From the IMG/VR virus record IMGVR_UViG_3300036861_000225, positions 1-54,260 of that record: DNA of 54,260 bases; one strand, written 5' to 3'. Source of the DNA: a virus (lineage: Duplodnaviria; Caudoviricetes). The translations under genes and the position numbers were made by a program. The notes beneath the pieces are model-generated. The model was not told the origin of the DNA, ran no database searches, and saw only the letters and a list, made by a program, of their open reading frames with translations. Positions 8,638 to 18,239 of this stretch are shown piece by piece (positions within the stretch are counted from its first letter, which is position 1; each line of letters begins with the position of its first letter).

Positions 8638-9621
8638 ATGCAGGCTTCCCAAGCCCGAGATTCCAACGTGAACCTTCCTCGCGCCATCGTGCGCCGCTCC
8701 GCAGCCATCCAGGCCCGGATCGACGCCCAGCGCGAACCGAAGTCCGATCCCGCGGACCCGAATGCGCCCCCGGTCAACCCGAGCGCCGCGTCTGCGACCC
8801 CCGCTGACCCGCAGCCTACCCCGGCTCAACCTGTCGACCCCGCTCCTGCGGCATCCGACCCTCGCGAGAACGATCCCGCCTACTGGCGGCAACGTTTCAA
8901 CGTGACGGCCGGCGTGCTCAAGGCAGAGCGCACAGCGCGGCAGACCGAGACCGCAGGGCTGAATCAGCGGATGACCGAGTTGCAGGAGCAGATTCGTACT
9001 CTGCAAACCAGCGCAACGCCGAGCGAATCGAAGCTGGACGCGAAGCAATTCTTCACGCCCGAGCAGATCGAGCAGTTCGGCGAAGAGCAGTGCGAGGCCA
9101 TGGCGACAGCCGCGATGAAAAGCGCGCAAACCGCAGTGCAGCAAGCGATCGAGGCCGAAGTCAAGCCTCTGCGCGAGCAGCGCGAGCGGGAGAAGGCGCA
9201 GACCATCGAAGAACGGAAGCAAGTGTTCACTGACAAGCTCGGTGAACTGGTTCCGGACTACGCGGAGATCGACACGGACCCGGCATGGCTCGCGTGGCTT
9301 GCGCAGGAGGACGAAGCCTCGGGGCTCGAACGTCAGGGCATCCTGAACACGCACATTTCGTCGCTGAACGCGGCGAAGGTGGCGAAAATGTTCAGTGACT
9401 TCCTGAAGACGAAAGCCCCGCGGCCGGCGCCGCCGGTGGTAGGCAAAGGCAATGGCGCGGGGCCTTCGGGCGACGCGCCGCCAGAACCCCCCGCGTCGTC
9501 GCTCAAGGCTCCCACGGACGTCGAAGTCAAGGAGTACTTCAAGCGCGCCGCCCTCGGTCGGGTGAAGGATGCGGAACGTACGGAATTCGAGGCAAGGATG
9601 AAGCTGAGATCCGCGCGCTGA
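8638..9621 (+). CDS. Capsid scaffolding protein
   Basis: P/A-rich N-terminus, coiled coil, immediately upstream of the MCP. Confidence 0.8.
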   Translation: MQASQARDSNVNLPRAIVRRSAAIQARIDAQREPKSDPADPNAPPVNPSAASATPADPQPTPAQPVDPAPAASDPRENDPAYWRQRFNVTAGVLKAERTARQTETAGLNQRMTELQEQIRTLQTSATPSESKLDAKQFFTPEQIEQFGEEQCEAMATAAMKSAQTAVQQAIEAEVKPLREQREREKAQTIEERKQVFTDKLGELVPDYAEIDTDPAWLAWLAQEDEASGLERQGILNTHISSLNAAKVAKMFSDFLKTKAPRPAPPVVGKGNGAGPSGDAPPEPPASSLKAPTDVEVKEYFKRAALGRVKDAERTEFEARMKLRSAR

Positions 9622-9659
9622 GCGCGGCCCCTGGCTCTACCCCCTTCAGGAGTTCCATC

Positions 9660-10697
9660 ATGCTCAAGAAGTTCACGCGCGCCATCGGCGCGTTCCTGGC
9701 CGGCGTCGCCCTCAAGGCGAACGACGCACTGTTCAGCTACATGGGCCGCACCGGCCTGATCGCCTTCGCGGGCGTGCCGCGCGCCTCGGGCGTGCCGGAC
9801 TACGGCCCGAGCGGTACGATCAACTTCGACCCGGAGATCTACTCGGGCAAGCTCGTCGAGAAGTTCTACAAGACGACCGTGTTCGGCGAGATCGCCTCGA
9901 CCGACTACGAGGGCGAGATCGCGGGCTTCGGCGCGCAGGTCAAGATCCGCACCATCCCGACCGTGGTCGTCAGCGACTACGTGATCGGCGCGGGCCTCAC
10001 CCCGCAGTACCCGGCGAACAACAGCGTCACGCTGGCGATCGACCAAGCCAAGAGCTTCGCCGTTGCGCTGTCGACCGTGGACAGCCGCCAGTCCGATCTG
10101 GATCTGGCCGACGTCTTCGCGAACGATGGCAGCATTCAGCTGCGCATCGCCGCGGATGCCGACCTGCTGGAGACCATCCCGGCCGACGTGAGCGCCGACA
10201 ACAGCGGTTCGACCGCCGGCGCCGACTCGAACGACATCAACCTCGGCACGGCCGCCGCTCCGCTCTCCGTGACGAAAGACACGGTGGTGCAGCTGATCAC
10301 GAACATGGGTCAGGTGCTCGACGAGCAGAACGTGTCGGACGAAGGTCGCTGGCTGGTGGTGCCGCCCTGGTTCATCAACCTGATCAAGAACTCGGACCTG
10401 AAGATCGCTTCGCTGGCCGGTGACGGGGTTTCGATCCTGCGCAACGGCAAGGTGGGCGAGATCGACCGGTTCACGATCTACCAAAGCCGCAACGTGCTCA
10501 CGCAGGCCACTCCCGGCCCGGCGTCACACATCGTCTTCGGCCACAGCGCCGGCCTGACGTTCGCGGCCCAGATCGTCGAGTGCCAGATGATCGACAACCC
10601 GTCGGACTTCGGCTACATCATCCGCGGCCTGATGGTCTTCGGTTTCGAGGTGATCGAGCCGAAGTACCTGGGCACGGCCATCGTCAAGCGCGGCTGA
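9660..10697 (+). CDS. Major capsid protein
   Basis: PEIYSGKLVEKFYKTTVFGEIASTDYEGEI, LDEQNV...GRWLVVPP, GEIDRFTIYQS; AGGAG SD; strongly biased codons. Confidence 0.93.
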   Translation: MLKKFTRAIGAFLAGVALKANDALFSYMGRTGLIAFAGVPRASGVPDYGPSGTINFDPEIYSGKLVEKFYKTTVFGEIASTDYEGEIAGFGAQVKIRTIPTVVVSDYVIGAGLTPQYPANNSVTLAIDQAKSFAVALSTVDSRQSDLDLADVFANDGSIQLRIAADADLLETIPADVSADNSGSTAGADSNDINLGTAAAPLSVTKDTVVQLITNMGQVLDEQNVSDEGRWLVVPPWFINLIKNSDLKIASLAGDGVSILRNGKVGEIDRFTIYQSRNVLTQATPGPASHIVFGHSAGLTFAAQIVECQMIDNPSDFGYIIRGLMVFGFEVIEPKYLGTAIVKRG

Positions 10698-10757
10698 TCG
10701 CAGTAGGATACGGCTTGCGCAAGTGAGCCCTTCCACTCACCCCACGAAGGAGTTTTC

Positions 10758-10958
10758 ATGAAGACGAGCAACCCCTACGGCGCGAACTACCAAGTCAAGG
10801 TTCCGCCCGAGACCATCCAGGCCGAGCAATCGCAAGCCAAGGGCAAGGCGACCGCGCGCTACCCCCACAAGCCGCTGATGCCGGACCAGACCAACTCGAC
10901 CACTGGCAAGATGAAGGTTCGGGCCTACACCCCGGGCACTTCGCCCGCAGGTTCCTGA
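10758..10958 (+). CDS. Small protein after MCP (possible head-associated protein), 66 aa
   Basis: AAGGAG SD; followed by a terminator. Confidence 0.75.
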   Translation: MKTSNPYGANYQVKVPPETIQAEQSQAKGKATARYPHKPLMPDQTNSTTGKMKVRAYTPGTSPAGS

Positions 10959-10969
10959 TCGAGCAGAAG

Positions 10970-11000
10970 AGAACCCCGCTTCGGCGGGGTTCTTCGTTGT
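10970..11000 (+). terminator. Intrinsic terminator after the capsid genes
   Basis: AGAACCCCGC-TTCG-GCGGGGTTCT plus T-rich tail. Confidence 0.8.
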
Positions 11001-11034
11001 GGACGGTGAGCAAGTGCGCACATACAATCGTGCG
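11000..11034 (+). promoter_or_regulatory. Leaderless promoter restarting transcription after the terminator
   Basis: TGGACG-17-TACAAT, 6 nt, ATG 11035; GTGAGCAAGTGCGCAC at 11006..11021. Confidence 0.7.
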
Positions 11035-11526
11035 ATGTTGACCGCTGAGCGTCTTCGCGAGCTGCTGACCTACGATCCCGAAACTGGGATCTTCACGTGG
11101 CGCTGCGATCGAGGCGGAAAAGCACGCAAAGGAACCCGCGCCGGATCGGTCAGTGACGACGGATACGCAAGGATCGGGGTTGACGGAAAGAGCTATCTTG
11201 CGCACCGACTCGCTTGGCTATACACCCACGGCAGCTGGCCGGCGGCCGAGATCGATCATCGCCTAGGCGCGAAAGCCGACAACAGAATCCATGAGCTGCG
11301 TGAAGCGACGCACGCGCAGAATCTGCAAAACCAGCGCCGCGCGCGTTCAGATAGTCGCAGCGGATTGCTGGGAGTTTCCCGACGTGGCAATCGGTGGCGG
11401 GCCACGATAAAGCACCAGGGCCGATACCGGCACCTCGGGAGCTTTGACGCGAAAGAAGCCGCTCACGAGTTCTATCTCCTCGCAAAAGAGATGGTTCACC
11501 CTTTCGGCGCAAGCCAAGGAGACTGA
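11035..11526 (+). CDS. HNH homing endonuclease with AP2-like C-terminus (copy 1)
   Basis: LRELLTYDPETGIFTW, AHRLAW, IDH...DNRIHELREAT..QN, HLGSF. Confidence 0.92.
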   Translation: MLTAERLRELLTYDPETGIFTWRCDRGGKARKGTRAGSVSDDGYARIGVDGKSYLAHRLAWLYTHGSWPAAEIDHRLGAKADNRIHELREATHAQNLQNQRRARSDSRSGLLGVSRRGNRWRATIKHQGRYRHLGSFDAKEAAHEFYLLAKEMVHPFGASQGD

Positions 11527-11527
11527 A

Positions 11528-11935
11528 ATGATTTCGGAATCGATGGAGCAGATGGCGTCTGAAGCCCGCGGCAAGAACCGCCAAGACAAGCGCGTTCCGC
11601 TGCTGATCAACCGCGACAACCTGCGCCTGATGCCCAACACGCCGTTGATCCGCAAGCGACCCGCTTATATGCCCTACGACGGGAAGGCCACGGACGACGA
11701 GGCCACGCGCCGCCGCTACGTCGAAGGCACCGGCAGCCACCGGCCGCGTGTCGTCAACAGTCAGGCCGAAGCCGACGTGTTCGACATCGGCAAGGCCACG
11801 AAGGACGAACTCGTTGCGTTCGCCCTGTCCGAGTACGGCCGCATGCTCAATCCTGAGACCGACATCCGCACGCTGCGCAAGGAGTTCATGGCCTACGTGA
11901 ACACGCTGCCGGGCGGCGGTGAAACCCTGAGCTGA
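11528..11935 (+). CDS. Hypothetical virion-module protein (MISESMEQ...)
   Basis: AGGAG SD; in-frame ATG of ORF 11444..11935. Confidence 0.7.
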   Translation: MISESMEQMASEARGKNRQDKRVPLLINRDNLRLMPNTPLIRKRPAYMPYDGKATDDEATRRRYVEGTGSHRPRVVNSQAEADVFDIGKATKDELVAFALSEYGRMLNPETDIRTLRKEFMAYVNTLPGGGETLS

Positions 11936-11936
11936 C

Positions 11937-12584
11937 ATGACCATCCAGGCGGCCACGATCATCGACGAAGCGGCGACGCTCCTGCTCGACGCGCTGAACA
12001 ACCGCACGTGGCCGCTCCCCGAACTCTTGGGCTACTTCAACGAGGCGTTGCGCGCGACGGCCTTCGTGAAGCCCGACATGTACACCGTGCAGACGAGCTT
12101 CACGCCCGTCGCTGGAGTGCTCCAGAACCTGCCCAGTGACGGCATCGCGCTGCTCGACATCACTCGCAACCTCACCGGCCGCAACCGCGTCGTGACGCAG
12201 GTCGACGAGGGCCTGCTCGAAGAAGCGAACCGCTTCTGGCCGGCGGCGACCCAACAGGCCGAAGTCGAGCACTTCACCGCGGACCCGCGCAACCCGCGCC
12301 GGTTCCGGGTCTTCCCGCCGGCAAACGGCGCGGGCAGCATCGAGATCCTGTACGGCGCCGTGCCGCCGCAGGTCAACTACGACGACGAAGACCTGTCGGT
12401 GCCGGACAGCTTCCAGACGATCTTGCTCAACTTCGTGCTGAGCCGTGCGTATTCGAAGAACAGCAAGAAGCAGGATCTCGCGAAGTCCAGCTACTACATG
12501 CAGCAGTGGGCCGCGGCGCTCGGGCTCAAGTCCCAAGCGCAGGTTGCCGTCGCGCCGCACGTGGCGCAGAGCCCGGGGGTCTGA
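11937..12584 (+). CDS. Head-tail adaptor (DUF6682-like)
   Basis: LLLD...RTWPLPELLGYFNEA, FRVFPPA, LLNFVLSRAYSK motifs; position. Confidence 0.75.
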   Translation: MTIQAATIIDEAATLLLDALNNRTWPLPELLGYFNEALRATAFVKPDMYTVQTSFTPVAGVLQNLPSDGIALLDITRNLTGRNRVVTQVDEGLLEEANRFWPAATQQAEVEHFTADPRNPRRFRVFPPANGAGSIEILYGAVPPQVNYDDEDLSVPDSFQTILLNFVLSRAYSKNSKKQDLAKSSYYMQQWAAALGLKSQAQVAVAPHVAQSPGV

Positions 12585-12586
12585 TC

Positions 12587-13096
12587 ATGCTCACGCAAGC
12601 CCGGCTCAAAGAACTGCTGCACTACGACCCCGAAACTGGGGGGTTCACGTGGCGCGCAGATCGGCGCGGGCACCGCAACATCCGCGCCGGTGACGTAGCG
12701 GGTCACAAGACGCCCAAAGGGTACGTGGTCATCGGCATCGACGGAAAGGTGTACAAGGCGCACCGGCTCGCGTGGCTATATCTCTACGGCGCATGGCCGG
12801 CAGAAGGCATCGATCACCGTTTCGGAGTTTCCGCCGGCGATGGCGTCGGCAATCTTCGTGAAGCTACGCATGCACAGAACGCGCACAATCAGCACCGTGC
12901 GCAGCGCAACAACCGTTCGGGGCTTTTGGGCGCGAGTTGGTATGGGCGCGACGGTACTTGGCGGGCCAAGATCGTAGTTGGCGGCAAGCAGAAACACCTA
13001 GGCTGCTTCGCGACGCCTGAAGCGGCGCACGAGTTCTACCTATTGGCGAAGGCCATGTTGCATCCCTTCAGTTCACTAGCAGGGAGCGCGTCATAA
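12587..13096 (+). CDS. HNH homing endonuclease with AP2-like C-terminus (copy 2)
   Basis: MLTQARLKELLHYDPETG, AHRLAWLY, IDH, NLREATHAQN. Confidence 0.92.
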   Translation: MLTQARLKELLHYDPETGGFTWRADRRGHRNIRAGDVAGHKTPKGYVVIGIDGKVYKAHRLAWLYLYGAWPAEGIDHRFGVSAGDGVGNLREATHAQNAHNQHRAQRNNRSGLLGASWYGRDGTWRAKIVVGGKQKHLGCFATPEAAHEFYLLAKAMLHPFSSLAGSAS

Positions 13097-13743
13097 ATAC
13101 CGTAGACGTCAACGACCAGTTGACCAACGTCGCGCAGATCGCGCGCAAGTGCCCGACGATCACGCTCAAGCGCGCGTACAACCGCGCGTACCGCGACTTC
13201 TGCTCGCAGACGCAGTGGCTCACGGTGCAGATCGCAGGCCAGTCCACGCCCAACGTGCCCGAGTACAACCTCGGGACCGATCCCTACGTCGACATCATCG
13301 GCATCAAGGGCATGAGCGCCAGCATCACGAACGGGGACGGCTCGATCCAGCATTGGACGATCACCCCCGCCGATCCGGCGGGCTTCGATCCGAACTATCA
13401 GCCCACGCTCTCGGGCCAGTACGCCTACGTGCCACAGGCGCAGTTCGTGCTGTTCCCGACCCCTGGCACGCAGGTCTTTCAGCTGCTCGTGAGCGCGATC
13501 ATCACGCCCAAGGAAGGCGCGACGCAGATCCCCTCGGCGCCGCTGGTGACGTACAGCAACGAGATCGAGGCCGGCGCGCTGGCGTACCTGTTCGATATCC
13601 CCGGCATGCCGTGGTCGAATCCAGCGATGGCGATGAAGTATCTGCGCATCTTCCAGGCCGGCGTGGCGAACGCCAAGAGCGAGGTGCAACGCAACTTCAA
13701 CACAGGCCCGCAGCGTGCACGTCCGCGTGCGTTCGTGAGGTAA
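13093..13743 (+). CDS. Second adaptor / tail tubular protein; probable ATA start at 13093 (TTG at 13120 is the alternative)
   Basis: CP...AYRDFC and IEAGALAYLFDIPGMPWSNP adaptor motifs; AGGGAG SD 6 nt before the in-frame ATA. Confidence 0.75.
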   Translation: MNTVDVNDQLTNVAQIARKCPTITLKRAYNRAYRDFCSQTQWLTVQIAGQSTPNVPEYNLGTDPYVDIIGIKGMSASITNGDGSIQHWTITPADPAGFDPNYQPTLSGQYAYVPQAQFVLFPTPGTQVFQLLVSAIITPKEGATQIPSAPLVTYSNEIEAGALAYLFDIPGMPWSNPAMAMKYLRIFQAGVANAKSEVQRNFNTGPQRARPRAFVR

Positions 13744-13747
13744 CTCG

Positions 13748-14797
13748 ATGGCGACTTTCGGCATCACCCCCGTCACCGGCTACCCGCTTCCGCCGTCGGA
13801 CGACTTCCCGCAGTTCATCCAGTTCCAAGAGAACGGCGTCGATCTCGGTGGCCCTGACGCCGATACGGTGAACTTCGCCAACGGCGTCACGGCCACACGC
13901 GGCACGGGCGAGAGCGCGAACGTGATCACGGTCACCGCCGAAGGTGGCGGGGGCGGTGGCCCGATCACGTGGCGCAGCGCGACCGCGAGCACCCCACTCC
14001 TACTTGAGGACGCAGAGAACGGCATCGCGATGGATGGTGGCTCGACCGCCGTCATCACGGTGCCCACGCACGCAGCTGTGGCCTTCGACACTGGCGTATC
14101 GATCCTGCTCTACTGGGAATCGGGAGTGAAGCCGACAATCGTCGGCGACGTCGGCGTCGAGATCTTGATCGACTCCAACCTCGAAGCCAGCATCGCGCGG
14201 CAGTTCGGCATCGTGTCGCTGGTCAACCGTGACGTGGATCAGTGGGTGTTGGCCGGCGATCTGACTTCGGTCGGCGGCGTCGGCGAAGGCACCGTCACCG
14301 CGGTCGCGCTCGACATGCCCGCCGAGTTCGCGGTGCAGCCCTACGAGATCACCGAGTCGGGCACGTTCACCGTCACCAAGGCGCCGCAGTCAGCAAATCG
14401 ATTCTGGGGCGGCCCTGTCAGTGGCGGCGCGGCCGCGCCCGCATTCCGCCCGTTGGTGGATGCGGACTTGCCGGTAGCGAGTCGCGAGTTCACGTGGCGC
14501 ACGCCGCCCGCAGGCAGCTACACACTCGTGCTCGGCGATGCGTGGAATGGCGTAGTGCTGCAAGGTGGGGTGTTGACGATCCCGCCTAACAGCAGTGTCG
14601 ACTTCGACGACGGTACGAGTGTCGTGCTGCACGACATCAAGTACATGGACCCCTTCACGATTGCGGGAGGAGCCGGTGTCACGCTGAGATACCGCGACGT
14701 ATTTTCGCCTGCGTCGGCGGGGCAGTGGGCAACAATCACGCTCATTCAGCAAGGGGTCGACAACTGGCTCTTGGCTGGCGACTTGGAGACTGCCTGA
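13748..14797 (+). CDS. Tail fibre/appendage protein with two copies of a beta-rich docking-like domain
   Basis: Internal duplication ending WVLAGDL and WLLAGDL; G/T/V-rich. Confidence 0.7.
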   Translation: MATFGITPVTGYPLPPSDDFPQFIQFQENGVDLGGPDADTVNFANGVTATRGTGESANVITVTAEGGGGGGPITWRSATASTPLLLEDAENGIAMDGGSTAVITVPTHAAVAFDTGVSILLYWESGVKPTIVGDVGVEILIDSNLEASIARQFGIVSLVNRDVDQWVLAGDLTSVGGVGEGTVTAVALDMPAEFAVQPYEITESGTFTVTKAPQSANRFWGGPVSGGAAAPAFRPLVDADLPVASREFTWRTPPAGSYTLVLGDAWNGVVLQGGVLTIPPNSSVDFDDGTSVVLHDIKYMDPFTIAGGAGVTLRYRDVFSPASAGQWATITLIQQGVDNWLLAGDLETA

Positions 14798-15528
14798 TGC
14801 GCGCGTCACTCGCGGGGTGCCTGATACCGCACCGGGTTCCGGCTACGCTTGATCTCATTCACCTGATGTTCAACGGCGCGGACGGCGGGGCGTCGTTTCC
14901 CGATACCGGAAGCGCGGGGTCAGTGTGGACACGATCGAGCTCCAACGTCACCACGAGCACTGGGACCGTGAAAGAAGGAGACGCAAGTCTTCTCATTACG
15001 AATTCGGCAGATTTTCTTTCCACTCCCTATACGTCGGCGAACCGAATCGGGAATACCGGAGAAGATTTTTTCATCGGGGGTTGGTTCAGACCGAATACGA
15101 ACAACATCAATCAAGAGATCGTAGGGGTCGAGGGCTCGCCGGGGACCGCAGCGAATACCGCCTTCTTGATCTTCTTGCCGTCCACGAACGGTGTCCAGTT
15201 CTATTACTCTGACGGTTCGACCCTGCCACATATCACTGACTTCGCGGTGGGGTGGGATGCCGGGGTCTGGCATTACATTTCGGTATACCTGCAACGCTCG
15301 ACCGACGAGGTATTTCTGCAAGTAGACGGAACGGCATCGACTGGCAATGCCTTCATCGGGAATCTGAATCTGCCCGTCGGCCAAAACCTGAAATTCGGTG
15401 CCTCGCCTGCCGACCCCGGACCGGCTACCGGAAACTGGGATATGTGGCAGTTTCGGCGATCTATTCCTTCCGGCATCCCTGGTGGCGGCGCCTCGTTCAC
15501 TCCACCCACTACTCCGTGGGGCGCTTGA
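14797..15528 (+). CDS. LamG/concanavalin A-like receptor-binding protein (paralogue 1)
   Basis: HLMFNGADGG..F.D, FFIGGWFRP, WHYISV, FTPPTTP pattern; TGATG overlap. Confidence 0.8.
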   Translation: MRASLAGCLIPHRVPATLDLIHLMFNGADGGASFPDTGSAGSVWTRSSSNVTTSTGTVKEGDASLLITNSADFLSTPYTSANRIGNTGEDFFIGGWFRPNTNNINQEIVGVEGSPGTAANTAFLIFLPSTNGVQFYYSDGSTLPHITDFAVGWDAGVWHYISVYLQRSTDEVFLQVDGTASTGNAFIGNLNLPVGQNLKFGASPADPGPATGNWDMWQFRRSIPSGIPGGGASFTPPTTPWGA

Positions 15529-17877
15529 GTGCAGCGCACCGTCAACTCCTTCCGCGGTGAAGCGCCCCGCGTCACGCCGCGAGCGCTGCCTGACAACGCC
15601 GCCGTTGACGCGACGAATGCGCGCCTGCTCACGGGCGACTTGACTGCGTGGAAGCAGTTCAGCTTCACAACTGCGCTTGCCAATTACCCGGGCCCCGTTC
15701 AGACGATCTACAAGCTCAACGGCGCGTGGCTGTCGTGGACGCAGGACGTGGACGTGGCGCGCGGCATCATCCCGGGCGACACGACGTTTCGCACGTACCT
15801 GACCGGGCTCGATGTGCCGCGGTTCACGACCTACGCGCTCGCAACCTCGGGCGCGCAGCCGTACCCGACGCAGACGCGGATTCTCGGTGTGCCGGCGCCG
15901 GATGCCGTACCGACACTGGTGCTCGGCGTCGACCCGAACGCGAGTACGTTTTCGGTGGACATCACGGACCCCTGCGATGATCTCGCGACAAACTGGGTGC
16001 TGTCCCCAAATCAGGCAAACCAATCGAACTACTCTTCGGAGGTCACGCAAGACGGCACTTTCGGGAACCCGCTGCCGAGTTTCAGATTGGATGCGCAGAA
16101 CAATGAAGGCAATCCTGCGTACGCTACGCGCGATTTCGGAACGGCGAATTCCACCGTAGTCACGATGGACTTTGACGCCTACGTCGACGATGTGGGGGGC
16201 AATTCTGGCGGCAGCATCAATGCGCTGTTTGCGTGCGACGCCTCAGGTGGAGGAGCGCGCCTTCACGTCAACGCCGATCTGGGGCAACCCCCCAATATCC
16301 AGATTCGGCTCGGCGCCGATTTCGCTTCGGGTTGGGGCGGCGTTCTGGTGAGTACCGTAGGGACTGGGACGTTCAACACCGGTGTCTGGTACACGTTCAA
16401 AGCCAAGAAAACTCTCAACAGCAACGGCACATCAACGATCACGTTCGACCTCTACCAGGGCGCGACGAAGCTGGGCACCGTCACTGCAACGAACACGTTC
16501 TCGAACGGGGGATTGAGCGGGCCGATGTGCGCGAAGGGCGACGATCGGCTCGTCATTCACTACGACAATTTTCACGTCACTGCGAGCGGCTCGACGGGCT
16601 ACACGCCCGTGAACCTCGCTACGAGCTACGTCTTCACTTTCGTCAACGACTTGGGCGAAGAGAGCGCGCCGAGCCTGCCGAGCGCGACGGTCGTGCGACC
16701 GGACGGCGTATCGGCCACCGTGACGACGGCGACGTCGTTGCCGACTGGCGTGAGCACGGACTACGGCATCGCGGCGAAGCGGATCTACCGCGCGGCCACC
16801 GGCAACACGGGGACCGAGTTCCTGTTCGTCGCCGAGATCCCGCTCGCGCAGGCCGACTACGTGGACACGCTCACCGATGCCGAGCTCGGCGAAGTGCTGC
16901 CCTCGGACATTTGGGCGCTGCCGCCTGACGATCTGCGCGGGATCATGGCGCTGCCGAACGGCATCATGGTCGGGTTCCGCCGCAACCAACTGTGCTTCAG
17001 CGCGATCAACCAGCCGCATGCTTGGCCCGTCGAGTACCGGCTGAACACCGATACCGACATCGTGGGCATCGGCAACATCGACAACACGGTGGTGATCGGC
17101 ACGCAGAGCTTTGTGTACGTGGCGACGGGCAACGACCCCGCTGCATACAGCATGAGCAAGTTCGAGGTGCCGTACGCGGCGATGAGCAAGCTCTCGTTCA
17201 CGTACCTCACGGGTATCGGCGTGGTGTTCGCCGGCACGAACGGACTCATGGCATGCGCGGGTATCGGTCAGGTGCGCAACATCACCGATGGTGTGTTCAC
17301 GGATATCCAGTGGAAAGCGCTGGACCCGAGCAGCATACGCTGTGTCGCGCACAACGACATTTGCTTCCTCTTCTGGGAGACCGATAGCGCGCGGGGTTGC
17401 TACGCGGTCGATATGAAGGCGACGGGGTTCGGCATCGTGCCGATGTCCTTCCACGCGAGCGCCGCCTATGTCGACCCGGTGGGTGACACGATGTACCTCG
17501 TGCTCGACTACGACAGTGAGCCCGACGATCCTTCGCTGCCGTTCCCGCCGACGACGCCGACCTACATCGAAGGTACGCACATTTTCGAGTTCGAGGGTTC
17601 CGACACGGACCTGATGACTTACCGTTGGCGCTCGAAGCTGTGGCTTCTGGAGCGCCCCGCGACGATGCTCATCGCTCAAGTGCGCGCCGAAGACTACGAC
17701 AACATTCTCTTCCGCGTCTACGCCGATGGCGTGCAGGTCGACGAAATGGTGATCGCGGAAGAGACCGAGTTCACCCTTACCGCGGTCGACGAGTACACGA
17801 CGCTTCAACTCGAAGTGCTGGGCACGTCGACAGTGCGGGTGCTGGAGATCGCGGAAGACGTTTCGGAGCTCGGCTGA
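15529..17877 (+). CDS. Tail nozzle / stabilization protein with inserted lectin-like domain
   Basis: FRGEAPRVTPRALP N-terminus, YVFTFVNDLGEESAPS, LPNGIMVGF, PHAWP, YRWRSK motifs. Confidence 0.8.
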   Translation: MQRTVNSFRGEAPRVTPRALPDNAAVDATNARLLTGDLTAWKQFSFTTALANYPGPVQTIYKLNGAWLSWTQDVDVARGIIPGDTTFRTYLTGLDVPRFTTYALATSGAQPYPTQTRILGVPAPDAVPTLVLGVDPNASTFSVDITDPCDDLATNWVLSPNQANQSNYSSEVTQDGTFGNPLPSFRLDAQNNEGNPAYATRDFGTANSTVVTMDFDAYVDDVGGNSGGSINALFACDASGGGARLHVNADLGQPPNIQIRLGADFASGWGGVLVSTVGTGTFNTGVWYTFKAKKTLNSNGTSTITFDLYQGATKLGTVTATNTFSNGGLSGPMCAKGDDRLVIHYDNFHVTASGSTGYTPVNLATSYVFTFVNDLGEESAPSLPSATVVRPDGVSATVTTATSLPTGVSTDYGIAAKRIYRAATGNTGTEFLFVAEIPLAQADYVDTLTDAELGEVLPSDIWALPPDDLRGIMALPNGIMVGFRRNQLCFSAINQPHAWPVEYRLNTDTDIVGIGNIDNTVVIGTQSFVYVATGNDPAAYSMSKFEVPYAAMSKLSFTYLTGIGVVFAGTNGLMACAGIGQVRNITDGVFTDIQWKALDPSSIRCVAHNDICFLFWETDSARGCYAVDMKATGFGIVPMSFHASAAYVDPVGDTMYLVLDYDSEPDDPSLPFPPTTPTYIEGTHIFEFEGSDTDLMTYRWRSKLWLLERPATMLIAQVRAEDYDNILFRVYADGVQVDEMVIAEETEFTLTAVDEYTTLQLEVLGTSTVRVLEIAEDVSELG

Positions 17878-18236
17878 TGGCGCTCGGCAAGCCCGCCATC
17901 GCCACTCCGACGCGGCTGGAGCAGCGCCCCGTCGCGGATGCGGTGAGCAACATCCGCCAGCGCATCGAGGCGATCGAGGCGGCGCTGAACACGACGACCG
18001 CGATAGCGGGCACGACTGTCAACACGACCGGAACCCAGATTGCCGCGTTGCAGCAACAACTGACTGCGTTGACGGCTATCGTAAACTCGATCAGCAACAC
18101 GGGAGGATCGGCCACCGCAGCGGATGACGCGAACCTCACGATCGCACAAGCGGCGCTCCACCGGCATGCTCCGGCGCCCCCGCCTCCGCCTGCGGATGCA
18201 CTGAACATCCTGGCGACTCAGATTTTCGGAGCCTGA
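17877..18236 (+). CDS. Coiled-coil tail fibre anchor protein
   Basis: TGATG overlap; heptad segments; ends NILATQIFGA. Confidence 0.65.
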   Translation: MALGKPAIATPTRLEQRPVADAVSNIRQRIEAIEAALNTTTAIAGTTVNTTGTQIAALQQQLTALTAIVNSISNTGGSATAADDANLTIAQAALHRHAPAPPPPPADALNILATQIFGA

Positions 18237-18239
18237 ATC

